A stretch of 64,000 nt of DNA from Acidobacteriota bacterium (GTDB lineage: Bacteria > Acidobacteriota > Terriglobia > Acidiferrales > UBA7541): positions 28,593-92,592 of the forward strand of contig JAJYLB010000011.1 of NCBI GenBank assembly GCA_021788095.1, given 5' to 3'. Shown one piece after another: positions 46,959-57,641 of this stretch (its first letter is position 1; every line of letters begins with the position of its first letter). Both the position numbers and the translations under genes were made by a program. The notes beneath the pieces were generated by a model. The model made no database searches and was not told where the DNA came from. It saw only the letters and a list, made by a program, of their open reading frames with translations.

Positions 46959-48038
46959 CTAATACCGGATATGCGTGGAGCGGGCGTACGTCTGCCCCGC
47001 GTACCGGAAATCGTCGATGTGGTACCGCGTGAACGGGATCCCGGTCAGCTCGAAGAACCGCGGCCAGCCGATTCTCTCGATCCAGTCCCCCACCCGTTCG
47101 AACTTCCGGGCGTTCCGCGCGTAGACGTCCACGATGTTCGCGACCGCCTCCACCACCTCGGGCCAGCGCGGCGGGTTGTTGGGAATGAACGGAATCGCCA
47201 GCTTGGAAAACCGCGGCGCCGACCGCGCGTTGCTCACCTTCCCCCCTACCCAGATGGAGAGGCCGTCGTTTTCGGGATCGTTGAGCGGCATCGAGGGGCA
47301 CACGGTGTAGCAGTTGGCGCAAAACATGCACTGCTCCTCGATCACCTCCACCGAAGGCTGCCCGTCCACCGTGGCCGAGCGAATGGCGCCGGTGGGACAC
47401 GACGAGATCACGTTGGGGATTTCGCACAGCTTCCGCAGGGTGTCGTGCTGCACGCGCGGCGCCCGCCGGTGGATTCCCAGGATCGCGATGTCGGAGCAGT
47501 GGACCGCGCCGCACATGTTCAGGCAGCAGGCCAGGGCGATCCGCAGCTTCCCCGGCAGCTTCTGCTCGGTGAACTGATCGCACAGCCGGTCCATGACCGC
47601 CTTCACGATCCCCGAAGCGTCCGTGGCCGAGGAATGGCAGTGGACCCAGCCCTGCGTATGCACGATGTTGCTGATCGAGTTCTGCGTACCCCCGACGGGG
47701 AACCCCGCCGCGGCGAGTTCCTGCTTGAGCGGCTCGATGTTCTGGGGATCGGCCAGCAGAAATTCGACGTTGTTTCGGCTGGTGAATCGCAGGTAGCCGC
47801 TCGAGTACTTCTCCGCCAGATCGGCCATCAAGCGCACGGAGGCCAGGCCCACCAGGCGCGGCCAGCCGGCCCGCACGGTATACAGGCGGTCGCCGCTCTC
47901 GGCGACGTGGCACAAGACGCCCGGAGCCAGAATTTCGTGATACCTCCACTGGCCGTAGTTCTTCTTGATGAGGGGATGGAGGAACTGCCGGAAGTCCGGC
48001 GGTCCGATGTCTGTCAATCGCTCCGCTTGCGTTGCCAT
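46959..48038 (-). CDS. dsrB: dissimilatory sulfite reductase beta subunit
   Basis: Motifs [17 protein letters not shown] and [14 protein letters not shown], and the ferredoxin insert CPTGAI...[12 protein letters not shown]. Confidence 0.95.
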   Translation of the reverse strand: MATQAERLTDIGPPDFRQFLHPLIKKNYGQWRYHEILAPGVLCHVAESGDRLYTVRAGWPRLVGLASVRLMADLAEKYSSGYLRFTSRNNVEFLLADPQNIEPLKQELAAAGFPVGGTQNSISNIVHTQGWVHCHSSATDASGIVKAVMDRLCDQFTEQKLPGKLRIALACCLNMCGAVHCSDIAILGIHRRAPRVQHDTLRKLCEIPNVISSCPTGAIRSATVDGQPSVEVIEEQCMFCANCYTVCPSMPLNDPENDGLSIWVGGKVSNARSAPRFSKLAIPFIPNNPPRWPEVVEAVANIVDVYARNARKFERVGDWIERIGWPRFFELTGIPFTRYHIDDFRYAGQTYARSTHIRY

Positions 48039-48062
48039 TCTCTTGCCTCCTGAATTTCGCGC

Positions 48063-49283
48063 CTACCTTTGCGCCGCGGCCCCGTTGCCGTCTCCCGCCG
48101 CCTCCGCGTCTTCCTTCTTGAAAAAGATGTAGGGGTTGTCGCGAGGAGCGGAAATCATCTCGGGAACGGGATCGAGCCCGATGGCGTCGAGGAACGTCGC
48201 CATCCCTACCCGCTGAATCAGCTCGCCCACCCTCTCGCGGTTGTTTCCGTACTCGCCCCAGAAATCCCAGATCCTCGATACCAGCTCCTTCAGCGTTTCG
48301 AGCAGCTCGTCGGCCGGAACGAAGGGAATCAGCACGGAGGAGAGCAGGGCCCCTTGCAGGATGGGGGCCTTGGCGCCGATCAGCACGACGGCGCCTTTCT
48401 CCTTCCCCGGGCGCAGCGCCTTGGGCAAAACGTTGATGCAGTGCATGCACCGCACGCATTCGCGGTTCTGGATCTTCAGCTTCTTGCCGTCCCATTCCAT
48501 GCACTTCGTGGGACAGTGGTCGCAGACGTCCTTCTGAATGTCCACCCCGGCGGCGGCGTACTCGGCGATGGCCGCGTTGTCCTGCTGGATGTCGTCTTTC
48601 CAGGTGCCGATGATGGAGAGGTCGGCCCGCGCGATCGACGCCACGCAATCGTTCGGGCAGCCGCTGAATTTGAATTTGAACTTGTAGGGGAACGGGGGCC
48701 GGTGCAGCTCGTCCTGGTAGGTGTGCGTGATCTCGTTGCAGAGATCCATCGTGTCGTAACAGGCCCACTCGCACCGCGCCTGGCCCACGCATGCCGAAGG
48801 CGACCGCATCACCGAGCCGGATCCGCCCAGGTCGAACCCGAGATGGGTCAATTCCTGGAACGTCGGCTCGAGCTGATCGGTTCTCGTGCCCAGAAGGATG
48901 ATGTCGCCCGTCGAGCCGTGGAAATTGAACAGGCCGGAGCCGTGCCGCTCCCAGATGTCGCAGATCTTCCTCAGCACTTCGCTCGTGTAGAACCAGCCGG
49001 AGGGCATGTTCACGCGCATCGTGTGGAAATGAGCCACGTTCGGGAACTTCTCGGGCACGTCGCTGTAGCGCCCGATCACTCCCCCGCCGTAACCCATCAC
49101 GCCGACGATGCCCCCGTGCTTCCAATGGCTGATCTTCTCCTGGTAGGAAAGCTCCAGTTGTCCGAGCAGGTCCGCCGCCATCGGCTCGCTCTCGGCCGCG
49201 CTCTTGATCTCCTTGACGAAACTCGGCCAGGGTCCCTTCTCCAGCTCGTCCAGCAACGGCGTCTTCTTGTTGTCGTCGGGCAT
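48063..49283 (-). CDS. dsrA: dissimilatory sulfite reductase alpha subunit
   Basis: The ATG at 49283 is preceded by GGAAGGAGAAAGAGGGC. Siroheme/Fe-S motifs CVGQARC and GCPNDC, and ferredoxin insert CDHCPTKC...CVRCMHC. The upstream part of the 816-aa track ORF overlaps qmoC out of frame. Confidence 0.95.
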   Translation of the reverse strand: MPDDNKKTPLLDELEKGPWPSFVKEIKSAAESEPMAADLLGQLELSYQEKISHWKHGGIVGVMGYGGGVIGRYSDVPEKFPNVAHFHTMRVNMPSGWFYTSEVLRKICDIWERHGSGLFNFHGSTGDIILLGTRTDQLEPTFQELTHLGFDLGGSGSVMRSPSACVGQARCEWACYDTMDLCNEITHTYQDELHRPPFPYKFKFKFSGCPNDCVASIARADLSIIGTWKDDIQQDNAAIAEYAAAGVDIQKDVCDHCPTKCMEWDGKKLKIQNRECVRCMHCINVLPKALRPGKEKGAVVLIGAKAPILQGALLSSVLIPFVPADELLETLKELVSRIWDFWGEYGNNRERVGELIQRVGMATFLDAIGLDPVPEMISAPRDNPYIFFKKEDAEAAGDGNGAAAQR

Positions 49284-49309
49284 GCCCTCTTTCTCCTTCC
49301 TTCCGTTTC

Positions 49310-50455
49310 TCAGCCGCGCGCGGCCAAGGCGTCTTTTCGCACCGCGTCCACGTAGATCGCGACGGGGCGGTAAAGCAGATGCGCCCACTTCCCAAACGGC
49401 ACTTCCACCACGAGCATCGGCGCCGCGACCGCCAAGTGGATCGTGTACATCACGTAGGTAGGCATCGGCAGGTTCTCGACCCGCAAGAGGTTCACCAGGA
49501 TGCCGGTCGCGGCGGTGAGCAGCAGCAAGGCCGGAAACAGCCAGTCGGAAAGATGGCTGAAGCGGTACATCTCCCCGCGCTGGCGCGCCCGATCCAGAAT
49601 CATCCAGCCCGAGCCGGCCACCAGCACCCCCGTGGCGTAGTACCCGAGATAACTCGTCCAGTGAAGGCTGTCGTTCTGCACCTGAAACCACGGGAGGAAA
49701 ATCACCACCAGCGTGAACATCAGCATGTAGCCGCTCGCCAGCGCCAGGTGCCGCACCCAGTTCTTGATCGCATCGTCGGCTTGGCAGCCCTTCCACCGCG
49801 ACTGGGTAAAGAGTTGCAGCGCGAGCGTCGGCAGGCGGCGGAGGTAGGTCGCGAGCGGAATCCCGTCGTTGCGCGTCAGCCGCCGGAACATCCTGGCCGC
49901 GTTGGTCAGCAGGAAGAAGCCAAGCAGCAGCGCCAGCATCGTGTCCGCCAGGTGCACGGTCTCGACCGGCGCGAACTTGTCGAGCATCACCGAGCGAAGC
50001 GCCTGCGGACCCGCTTGATTGAGCAGCCCGAAGCCGAAACCGCGCGGCAGGGTGAACAGCAACACCACCACGCTCGCCACCAACCCCAGAATTCCCAGTT
50101 CCCAGGCCGCCGACCGGTACATCAGCCGCGAGAGGCCCGTCCAGTCGTATTGCGTGGTGAGGTAACGGCGCAAAGCCATCATCGTTTCTCCGGGATTGGC
50201 TTTGCGTAGGCAGTCCTTCGAGCATTCCCCGCAATAAAAACAGAGCCAAGGACCGGGATCCTCGACGAGCCGCTCCTTCAGCCCCCACTGCGCGAGCAGC
50301 ATCTGCTTGCGCGGGAAACCGTTCTCGGCCGTGGAAAGCTTGCAGACCGCGGTGCAGGTCGCGCATTGGAAGCACTTCTTCACGTCGCCTGCGCCGAGCG
50401 ACATCAGTTGGTCCACCAACCGGAGATCGGGCTCGACCATGACCGCTTGTTCCAT
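49310..50455 (-). CDS. qmoC: QmoC (HdrC-like Fe-S domain fused to HdrE-like membrane cytochrome b)
   Basis: N-terminal [11 protein letters not shown] and [11 protein letters not shown] motifs, followed by six TM helices. Confidence 0.9.
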   Translation of the reverse strand: MEQAVMVEPDLRLVDQLMSLGAGDVKKCFQCATCTAVCKLSTAENGFPRKQMLLAQWGLKERLVEDPGPWLCFYCGECSKDCLRKANPGETMMALRRYLTTQYDWTGLSRLMYRSAAWELGILGLVASVVVLLFTLPRGFGFGLLNQAGPQALRSVMLDKFAPVETVHLADTMLALLLGFFLLTNAARMFRRLTRNDGIPLATYLRRLPTLALQLFTQSRWKGCQADDAIKNWVRHLALASGYMLMFTLVVIFLPWFQVQNDSLHWTSYLGYYATGVLVAGSGWMILDRARQRGEMYRFSHLSDWLFPALLLLTAATGILVNLLRVENLPMPTYVMYTIHLAVAAPMLVVEVPFGKWAHLLYRPVAIYVDAVRKDALAARG

Positions 50456-50457
50456 CT

Positions 50458-52713
50458 CTAGAAGCCCTTATAGGGGTTCGGCCCCATTTCCCGAATGCGG
50501 CCCGCGAAGGCATCGATCGCCGCCGGCAGCCGCCGGTATTCGTCCAGCGAAACCTCGATCGTTTCGATCCGCCCCGGCTCCAGTTGCAGCCGTTCGAGCG
50601 TCTCCTTCACGTTCTCCAGGCGGCGGCTGGCGATCTCGCTGCCCTTGGCGAAGTGGCACTGGTAGTCGTCGCCGTGCTTGCAGCCGGCGAGCATCACGCC
50701 GTCGATGCCGCGCGACAGGGCGTCGGCAATCCACACCACGTTCAGCGAGCCCAGGCAGCGCAGGGGAATCACCCGCACCGAGGCGTCGTACCGCCCGCGC
50801 CCCATCGCGATGGCGTCGAGCGCCGGATAGGCGTCGTTCTCGCACAGAAAGAGGAGGATCCGGGGCTTCTCCTCTTCCTCGCCCGGCACGTCGATCGCTT
50901 TGATCATTCCCGCGATCGTGTCCACCGAATAGTTCTTGAACGAGATGATGCGTTCCGGGCAGGCGCCCATGCACACCCCGCAGCGCCGGCACCGCGTGGG
51001 ATTGAACTTCGGCGTGCCCTTTTCGTCCTCGTCGATCGCCCCGAAGGGGCACTCCACCGTGCACCGCTTGCACTGCGTGCATCGCTGCAGGAGGAAACTC
51101 GGATAGGACCCATCGCCGGCGCGGGGATGAACGGCTTGCCCGCGCGACGCCATTTCAACGCATTGGATGGCTTTCATCGCCGCGCCCAGGCCGTCCTCTT
51201 CCGCCGCCGAAGCGTCCATCGGCGCGTGGACCGCGCCCGCGGCGTAGATGCCGGTCCGCAACGTTTCATAGGGGAAGCAGATGAAGTTCGAGCCGGGGAA
51301 TCCGTCTTTCAGCAGCGGAAGCTCCGGTCCCTGGCGATACGCCAAGTGGAGCGCGCCACCCGGATCGACCGGCCACCCGGCGGCCTTCGCCCCCGCTCCC
51401 GCTTCGCTTGCGGCTTGCCCCGCGTCGCCGCTCGAGGCTCCCTGCGCTGGCGTCGAGCTTCCGCCGTTCTTGCCATTCGGCGCGTTGGGAACGAAACCCG
51501 TCGCCAGCACCACCAAATCCGCCGGCACGCGAATCGTCTCGCCGAGCGAGCTGTTCTTGACCTCGACGGCGAGATTGTCTCCCGTGTGACGGGTGACGCT
51601 CGATACTTCGCCGCGCAGCAGGAACGTCGCGGGATGGTTCTGCACCTCGGCGAAGTAACGTTCGTATTGCCCCGTAACGATGATGTCCCTGTGAAGGATG
51701 GAAACCTTCACGCGCGGATCGCGCCGGTGAATCAAGTCGGTCTGCTGGAGCGTGGTCAGGCAACACACCGCCGAGCAGTACGGCAGATGGTTCTTGTCCC
51801 GCGAGCCCGCGCATTGGATGAACGCGACGCTTTCCGCCGGCTTGCCGTCCGACGGCCGAACCGGCGGGCCGGCCCCCAGCATCGTCTCGAGCTGGTCGCC
51901 GGTGATGACGTTTGGAGAAGCGCCGTAGCCGAGCTGGCCCAGCCGCGCCGGATCGTAAGGCGTCCAGCCGGTGGCCATGACGATGGCGCCGACGCGATGG
52001 GAGAAGTGTTGGCCACCGCTTTCGATCGTGACTTCGAACGCTCCCGGTTGGCCCTCGGTTCGGGCGACGCGTGCGCCGGCGTGCGCGGTGATCCTGGGAT
52101 GGACGGCGAGTCTGGTGATGTTCCGGGCCAAGCCGCGCTCTGGGAGTTCGGTGTGGGGCGTGCCGTGGGGAAAATCGTTCCGCGTGGCTCCGAGACGCCC
52201 GCCCAGCCCCGCTTCCTTCTCCACCAGAACGACTTCGTAGCCGGCGTCGGCCGCTCCCAAAGCCGCCGCGATCCCCGCCGTGCCGCCTCCGACCACCAGA
52301 ATCGCGCGGGAAACCTCGGCAACGCAGGGCTCGAGCGGCTCCATCTTCTGCGCCTTCACCACGCCCATGCGCAAGTAGTCCTCGGCAAGCCGCTGCGTCT
52401 CTTCTTCCCGCGGCGCATGGCTCCAAGCGACGTGCTCGCGCAGATTGACGCGCTCGACGACCAGCCGGGGATCGAAGGTGAACGCCGCCGATTTCATCCG
52501 CGGCGAACACGCCGCGATCACCACCGCATCCACCGTTTTCTCCGTGACGTCTTTCCGGATCGCCGAAAGCCCGGCTTCGCTGCACAGGAAGGGATGCACG
52601 CGGCAAACCGGAACCTTGCATTCTTCTCGGGCGACGCCGGCCAGGCGCTCTACGTCGAGCGATTCCCCGATCGAGCACCCGCTGCAGATGTAGGCTCCGA
52701 CGCTCTTACTCAT
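50458..52713 (-). CDS. qmoB: QmoB (HdrA-like flavoprotein with ferredoxin and MvhD-like domains)
   Basis: Motifs [36 protein letters not shown] and the C-terminal MvhD-like [14 protein letters not shown]. Confidence 0.9.
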   Translation of the reverse strand: MSKSVGAYICSGCSIGESLDVERLAGVAREECKVPVCRVHPFLCSEAGLSAIRKDVTEKTVDAVVIAACSPRMKSAAFTFDPRLVVERVNLREHVAWSHAPREEETQRLAEDYLRMGVVKAQKMEPLEPCVAEVSRAILVVGGGTAGIAAALGAADAGYEVVLVEKEAGLGGRLGATRNDFPHGTPHTELPERGLARNITRLAVHPRITAHAGARVARTEGQPGAFEVTIESGGQHFSHRVGAIVMATGWTPYDPARLGQLGYGASPNVITGDQLETMLGAGPPVRPSDGKPAESVAFIQCAGSRDKNHLPYCSAVCCLTTLQQTDLIHRRDPRVKVSILHRDIIVTGQYERYFAEVQNHPATFLLRGEVSSVTRHTGDNLAVEVKNSSLGETIRVPADLVVLATGFVPNAPNGKNGGSSTPAQGASSGDAGQAASEAGAGAKAAGWPVDPGGALHLAYRQGPELPLLKDGFPGSNFICFPYETLRTGIYAAGAVHAPMDASAAEEDGLGAAMKAIQCVEMASRGQAVHPRAGDGSYPSFLLQRCTQCKRCTVECPFGAIDEDEKGTPKFNPTRCRRCGVCMGACPERIISFKNYSVDTIAGMIKAIDVPGEEEEKPRILLFLCENDAYPALDAIAMGRGRYDASVRVIPLRCLGSLNVVWIADALSRGIDGVMLAGCKHGDDYQCHFAKGSEIASRRLENVKETLERLQLEPGRIETIEVSLDEYRRLPAAIDAFAGRIREMGPNPYKGF

Positions 52714-53980
52714 GGGGAGCGCTCCCCGCGACGTGCGGCAAGGCCGCGAGCGCCGCTCCCGTCGCGTCCCGGACGCTGGCGGCCACTTCCTCGGGCCGCT
52801 TCACGCACCCGGCGGCGTAGAGCCCTGGCGTTCCGTTCACCACGAACCCGAACTCGTCTCGCGCAAACGCGGCGGGAAGCCCCTCCGACCGCGGCACCAT
52901 CCCCGTGGCCAGCACGACGAGACCGAATCTGGCCGTCGATTTCCTTCCCGGGGGCACGTCCTCGGCGGTGACGAGCAGGTCCTGCGTGCCGGGGTCTTCT
53001 TCGATCGCGCCTACTTTCCCTCTCACCAGCCTCAGGCGATCGCTCGCTGCCGCCTTGGCGCGGAACTCTTCGAGCAGCCCCGGGGTGCGCAGGTCGATGT
53101 AGAAAATCGCGATCTCGGTTTCGGGGTAGAGGGCGTGGAGGTAGGTGCTGTGCTTCAGGGAGGCCGTGCAGCATACGGTCGAGCAATACGCCAGGTGGTT
53201 TTCGTCACGCGACCCCGCGCATTGCACGAACGCAACGCTCGCCGGGGCCTGTCCGTCCGATGGCCGCAGGATCTTGCCGCCCGTGGGGCCGTCGGGAGCC
53301 GCCATCCGCTCGAGCGCGACGTTCGTGACGACGTTCTCGAATTTGCCGTAGCCGAAACGGTCCAGCCGCGCCGCGTCGTAAGGCGCCCAGCCCGTCGCCG
53401 CGATCGCCGCGGCCACGCGAAACGTCCGGATCTCCGTCCGCTGGTAGAGATCGATGGCCCCGTAGCGGCACGCATCCACGCACCTGCCGCAACCCTCCGC
53501 GCAAGCCGCTCGATCGATGGCGTACGCCCCGGGAAATGCCATCGCCCGCGGAAAGTAGATGGCCTTGCTCTTCCCCAGCCCCAAGTTGAAATCATCGGCT
53601 CGTTCGGCGGGGCAAACGTCCACGCAAGCCCCGCACAGCGTGCAGGCGCCGGTGACGTATCGCGGCCGTACGCGAATCCTGGCCTCGAAGTTTCCGGCCG
53701 TCCCCGAAAGCGATTCGAGTACCGCTTCCGTCAAGACGGTGATCCGCGGATTCTGCTTCAGGCGCCGGAAGTTGATCTCGAAGCCGCAGGTGGGAGGGCA
53801 GAGCTTGGGGAAATAGAGGTGCATCGCCGCCGCCCTCCCTCCCAGGAACGGCGAACGCTCGATGAGAAGGACGCTGGCGCCGGCTTCGGCCGCCTCGAGC
53901 GCGGCCGTCACTCCTGCTATTCCACCGCCAACGACCAGAATCCTACTTCGCTCCAGGTCTAGGAAACTCCCACTGCTCAT
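52706..53980 (-). CDS. qmoA: QmoA (HdrA-like flavoprotein)
   Basis: Motifs ILVVGGGIAGVTAALEAAEAG and CTLCGACVDVCP. It overlaps qmoB by 8 nt. Confidence 0.9.
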   Translation of the reverse strand: MSSGSFLDLERSRILVVGGGIAGVTAALEAAEAGASVLLIERSPFLGGRAAAMHLYFPKLCPPTCGFEINFRRLKQNPRITVLTEAVLESLSGTAGNFEARIRVRPRYVTGACTLCGACVDVCPAERADDFNLGLGKSKAIYFPRAMAFPGAYAIDRAACAEGCGRCVDACRYGAIDLYQRTEIRTFRVAAAIAATGWAPYDAARLDRFGYGKFENVVTNVALERMAAPDGPTGGKILRPSDGQAPASVAFVQCAGSRDENHLAYCSTVCCTASLKHSTYLHALYPETEIAIFYIDLRTPGLLEEFRAKAAASDRLRLVRGKVGAIEEDPGTQDLLVTAEDVPPGRKSTARFGLVVLATGMVPRSEGLPAAFARDEFGFVVNGTPGLYAAGCVKRPEEVAASVRDATGAALAALPHVAGSAPHE

Positions 53981-53986
53981 ACATCC

Positions 53987-54817
53987 TCAGCGTTCCAGCG
54001 CCGCCTGCGCCCGAGCCGGGTCGGGCTGGCGCCATGCTAGCGGCGGCGCGTCCTTCCTCAGCCGCATGGTCTGTTCCTGGAACAGGCAGAACCGCAGCCA
54101 TTCCATGGCGAATTCCAGCAACTCCTCGTCGTCCGATCGCAGCGCTTCCACCCTCTCCTCGTGCACCTCGAAAAACTTGAAGAAACGCGTCTCGAAGAGG
54201 AACCGGCGGAAGCGGTCCAAATCGAAGCAGGCCATCAGGTACATCGAGACCTGTTCCGCCGATAGCGGCTCCTCCTTCCGCCAGAATTCGTTCAGCATGA
54301 GCTGCTGGAAGGAAGCGCCCATCATCTCGAAGGCGTCGATCCCTTGCTCGGAAATCCATTCCTGCACGGTGCGGCTTCCCCTGCCGTGCCCGTGGCAGAA
54401 CTTTTCCTGAAGGAGGAAATAGAAGCCGCGCTCGGTCGGGGTCGGGTGGTCCGGTTCGGCTCGGCCCAGCGGGTACATGCGGCACGCCCAGGGCCGGTCC
54501 TTATAGACCGAGCAGCCCTTCTCCGTAACGAAGGGGCAGCGCTTGTCTTCCTCTCCCATCCGCAGCAGCACGATGGGCAGCTTCTTGTTCCGCGTGCAGG
54601 AAAGCACGGTATGGCGGCTCAGAAATTCACTCGAGCTGATCCCCAGTGCGCGTTTCATCCGCAGCGCGTCGTAGGGGGTAAGAACGATGGAAACATCGCG
54701 GCAGCAGTGCGTGTAGCAGTCCAGACTCCCTTCGCAGCGAAAGTCCAGGATGTCGCCCGCGCCCAAGCGGGCCGGCGCCGCTTCGCTTCTCGCCCGCTCG
54801 GCGATTCCTTCAGGCAT
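53987..54817 (-). CDS. YkgJ-family Cys-cluster (putative zinc/iron-chelating) protein
   Basis: Motifs CYTHCCRD and CPFVTEKGCSVYKDRPWACRMYP are characteristic of the CxxCxxCC/YkgJ family. A ~130-aa C-terminal extension follows. Confidence 0.65.
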   Translation of the reverse strand: MPEGIAERARSEAAPARLGAGDILDFRCEGSLDCYTHCCRDVSIVLTPYDALRMKRALGISSSEFLSRHTVLSCTRNKKLPIVLLRMGEEDKRCPFVTEKGCSVYKDRPWACRMYPLGRAEPDHPTPTERGFYFLLQEKFCHGHGRGSRTVQEWISEQGIDAFEMMGASFQQLMLNEFWRKEEPLSAEQVSMYLMACFDLDRFRRFLFETRFFKFFEVHEERVEALRSDDEELLEFAMEWLRFCLFQEQTMRLRKDAPPLAWRQPDPARAQAALER

Positions 54818-54820
54818 GGC

Positions 54821-55096
54821 TCATGCCTCCTCGCCCAGAATCCCGTCGCGCAGGGCGTCTCGCGACCACACCGGAAGCGGGCCCGAGTCCCCGCTCAGGG
54901 GATCGAGGCGATGCCGGTACGACGCTCTCATCTGGTAATGGCTCTCCATCCATTCCCATCCCCGGACGAAATACGGGCATTCGTCGTTGAAGCAGACGTA
55001 CTGGAATTCGCCGCTCCAGCTGCTTAGCTCCGGAGTCGCCCATCGGCTCATCGGCTTTTGGCAATGAGGGCACGAGGCTCTCGCCCGCTCGCTCAT
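54821..55096 (-). CDS. 91-aa Cys4 zinc-ribbon-like protein
   Basis: The internal ATG at 55096 gives [19 protein letters not shown]...[11 protein letters not shown] (CxxC...CxxxC). Its stop lies 3 nt before the YkgJ start. Confidence 0.5.
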   Translation of the reverse strand: MSERARASCPHCQKPMSRWATPELSSWSGEFQYVCFNDECPYFVRGWEWMESHYQMRASYRHRLDPLSGDSGPLPVWSRDALRDGILGEEA

Positions 55097-55185
55097 GGAA
55101 ATCCTGCGCGTCAGCGAGGCTCGCCCGCCGCGGCGGGCGAGCCTGCCCGTGACGGCGCCGGCGCACGAGCGCCGGCGCGCAAACG

Positions 55186-57084
55186 CTACGCAAAAATCTG
55201 ATGGATGGGTCGCTTCAACATCTGCCAATGGTCGGTGCCGGGATCGTACCGGCAGTTGGCGAAGACGTGCCAATGCTCCTCGTCCATCTTGGGTTTGTCC
55301 GACCGGAAGTAATAGCCCGGCCAGCGTGTTTCCTCGCGGAAGAGCATCGTGCGTACGTGGGCTTCGGCCTGCCACATCCGGTGGATGTTTTCCCAGCACC
55401 GCATGAGTTCGTGCAGATTGGCCGCCGCCAGCTTCGTCGAGTCTTCCTTGAGGTAGTCCAGCAATTCGACCGCGCGATCGAGCTGGGCCTTGTTGGTGGT
55501 GAACTGCGAGGTCACGCCGCCCGCGTATTCGTCCATGATCTTTTGCAGGCGGAACATGAACATCCGCGGCTTCACGTAGTGCGGATTGATCTCCGGATCG
55601 GTCGTCGCGCCCGCGTGCGCTTCGTAAAGCGCCAAGGGCGCCAGGATCTCCTTGGCTTGCGCATCGAGCGCCTGCGGATCGATTCGCGGCGGGTGGTTGT
55701 GATCCACGATGAACTGGATCGCCGCTTTCGCCGCGATGCGCCCCTCGGTGCAGGAGCCCGAGGAGAACTTATGGCTGGAAGCTCCCGAGGCGTCTCCGGC
55801 GCAGAACAGCCCCGCCACCGTTGACATGTTCGGGTAGCCCCAGAAATATTCGCCCTTGGTCTGCTCGTTTTGCAGGTCCTCCGGGCCGCTCACCCAGGCT
55901 CCCGACGCCCCCGAATGCGAGCCGATGAAGTACGGTTCGGCGGCGGCGATTTCCGAGCTCTTCTCCTCGGGTTGCACGTTGGTTCCGGCCCACAAAATGG
56001 CCTGGGAAATCGTCATGTCGAGGAAGTCTTCCCAAGCCTCCGATTCCAGCTCCTTCATCTTCTTCTTGTGTTCCTTCGGATCGTTCTTGTAGGACTCGGC
56101 GATCTTTTGGATGGCTTCCTCGGTCCGCATGTAGATCGGCCCTTTGCCTTCCATCACGTCGAGCATCCCCAGGTAGTTCCGCAGGTTCGCGGGAACGGGC
56201 TTCACTTTGCCGTAGGGCAGCCAGTTCTCCAGCTCCGCTTGCCGCTCCACCATGTAGTTGCCGCCCGTCGAGTTCGTCGCGCGCGACTTGAACAGCAGGA
56301 ACCACGCGCCCACCGGCCCGTAAGCGTCCTTGAAGCGTACGGGGATGAACCGCACTTCCTGGCAGGTCATTTCCGCGCCCGCCTTCATCGTGAAATAGGC
56401 CGAGGAACCCGAGTTCCACGGCGGATACCATGCGCGGCCCATGCCTTCGCCGGAACTGCGCGGTTTGAAGACGTGTACCGCGCCGCCCATCGCCGCCAGG
56501 GTCGCTTTCGCCATGAAGAAATACAGCTTGTTCTCGCGGACCGAGAAACCCACCGCGCCCGCGCACCGGTCCCCATCCATCAGCGGGCCGACGATGAAGA
56601 CCCGCTCGAAGATCTGGCCATTGCCGCTGCCCAGCAGCGCGTTCTTCGCCGCCTCCGCCACGATCACCTTGTACGATTCGCCGTTGATCATCAGTTGCCA
56701 GCGGCCCTCGTGGACGTACTTGCCTTCCGCGTCCTTCCAGATGGGCAAGCCCCATTTCTCGAACAGGTGCACGGTCGAGTCGACGTGGCGGGCGATATTC
56801 GCCACCAAGTCCTCGCGCGTGATGCCCATCAGGTCGTTGCGCACGTAGGTCACGTAGTCCTTGACCGTATTGGCGCCGTCCTTGAGTCCCACGTACTGGT
56901 TGATCGCGGAAAGCCCCATGGCCACTGCGCCGGAACGGTCCACCGCCGCCTTGTCCACCAGGGTTACCCGCAAACCGTTCTCCTTGGCCCAATAGGCTGC
57001 CTCGACGGCCGCTCCACAGGCGGCCATCCCGCCTCCCAGGATCAATAGGTCGGTTTCGACGATCACTTTTTCGAACTCAGGCAT
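55186..57084 (-). CDS. aprA: adenylylsulfate (APS) reductase alpha subunit
   Basis: FAD motif [17 protein letters not shown]. It is a ~630-aa fumarate-reductase-fold flavoprotein and overlaps aprB by 8 nt. Confidence 0.95.
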   Translation of the reverse strand: MPEFEKVIVETDLLILGGGMAACGAAVEAAYWAKENGLRVTLVDKAAVDRSGAVAMGLSAINQYVGLKDGANTVKDYVTYVRNDLMGITREDLVANIARHVDSTVHLFEKWGLPIWKDAEGKYVHEGRWQLMINGESYKVIVAEAAKNALLGSGNGQIFERVFIVGPLMDGDRCAGAVGFSVRENKLYFFMAKATLAAMGGAVHVFKPRSSGEGMGRAWYPPWNSGSSAYFTMKAGAEMTCQEVRFIPVRFKDAYGPVGAWFLLFKSRATNSTGGNYMVERQAELENWLPYGKVKPVPANLRNYLGMLDVMEGKGPIYMRTEEAIQKIAESYKNDPKEHKKKMKELESEAWEDFLDMTISQAILWAGTNVQPEEKSSEIAAAEPYFIGSHSGASGAWVSGPEDLQNEQTKGEYFWGYPNMSTVAGLFCAGDASGASSHKFSSGSCTEGRIAAKAAIQFIVDHNHPPRIDPQALDAQAKEILAPLALYEAHAGATTDPEINPHYVKPRMFMFRLQKIMDEYAGGVTSQFTTNKAQLDRAVELLDYLKEDSTKLAAANLHELMRCWENIHRMWQAEAHVRTMLFREETRWPGYYFRSDKPKMDEEHWHVFANCRYDPGTDHWQMLKRPIHQIFA

Positions 57085-57532
57085 GTGGCGCCTCCTTCTT
57101 CAGCGTGAAGACCTCCGGCAGCCCCAGGGAGCCGGGCTCGGTGAAGAGGGCCGGGCTGCTCAGATCCTTGGAACTCGAATATCCGCCATCGGGAACCGCC
57201 GCTCCTTCCGGCGTTGTGCGGATGGGGAACTTGAACCGCTTCAGGGTGCCGTTGCGGAATTTCACCGTCCACAGAATCGAGTCGGTGGACCGCAGCGGCG
57301 TCACGCTCGCTCCCAAGGGAACGAAATCGGCGTAGCCGCGGACTTCAATGGCTTGTGTCGGGCAGATCTTCACGCAGTTGTAGCATTCCCAACACATCGA
57401 AACGTCGCGGTTGTACGCTTTCATCGTCTCCCTGTCCAAGACCATCAGGTCGTTGGGACAGATGTACTGGCAGGCGGTCTTGTCGAGCGCCTTGCATCCG
57501 TCGCATTTCTCTGGATTCACGTAACTGGGCAT
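57077..57532 (-). CDS. aprB: adenylylsulfate (APS) reductase beta subunit
   Basis: The ATG at 57532 is preceded by GCGAGGAGGCGCA. MPSYVNPEKCDGCKALDKTACQYICPNDLM, CWECYNCVKICP and the AprB C-terminal tail. Confidence 0.95.
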   Translation of the reverse strand: MPSYVNPEKCDGCKALDKTACQYICPNDLMVLDRETMKAYNRDVSMCWECYNCVKICPTQAIEVRGYADFVPLGASVTPLRSTDSILWTVKFRNGTLKRFKFPIRTTPEGAAVPDGGYSSSKDLSSPALFTEPGSLGLPEVFTLKKEAPHA

Positions 57533-57641
57533 TGCGCCTCCTCGCAAAAAAGCCTTTTGACAGGTAGCCTCGCGAGCGTCCGCAGGGCTGGCTCTCCGGA
57601 CGCCCGCGCCGTCTTTCCGGGTCCCAGGAAGATTGCCTCGG

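Noticed and set aside
46672-49395. 907-aa minus-strand ORF and 442/428-aa plus-strand ORFs over dsrD-dsrB-dsrA
   Set aside because: They are out of frame or antisense to unmistakable DsrA and DsrB sequences, and their composition is low-complexity Arg/Gly/Pro.
48063-50513. 816-aa ORF extending dsrA upstream
   Set aside because: The extension overlaps qmoC out of frame. A strong Shine-Dalgarno sequence precedes ATG 49283, and the canonical DsrA N-terminus ([22 protein letters not shown]) starts there.
51360-51490. Gly/Ser/Ala-rich segment inside QmoB ([34 protein letters not shown])
   Set aside because: It is probably a lineage-specific flexible linker between QmoB domains. The overall length is normal for QmoB and there is no sign of an inserted domain.
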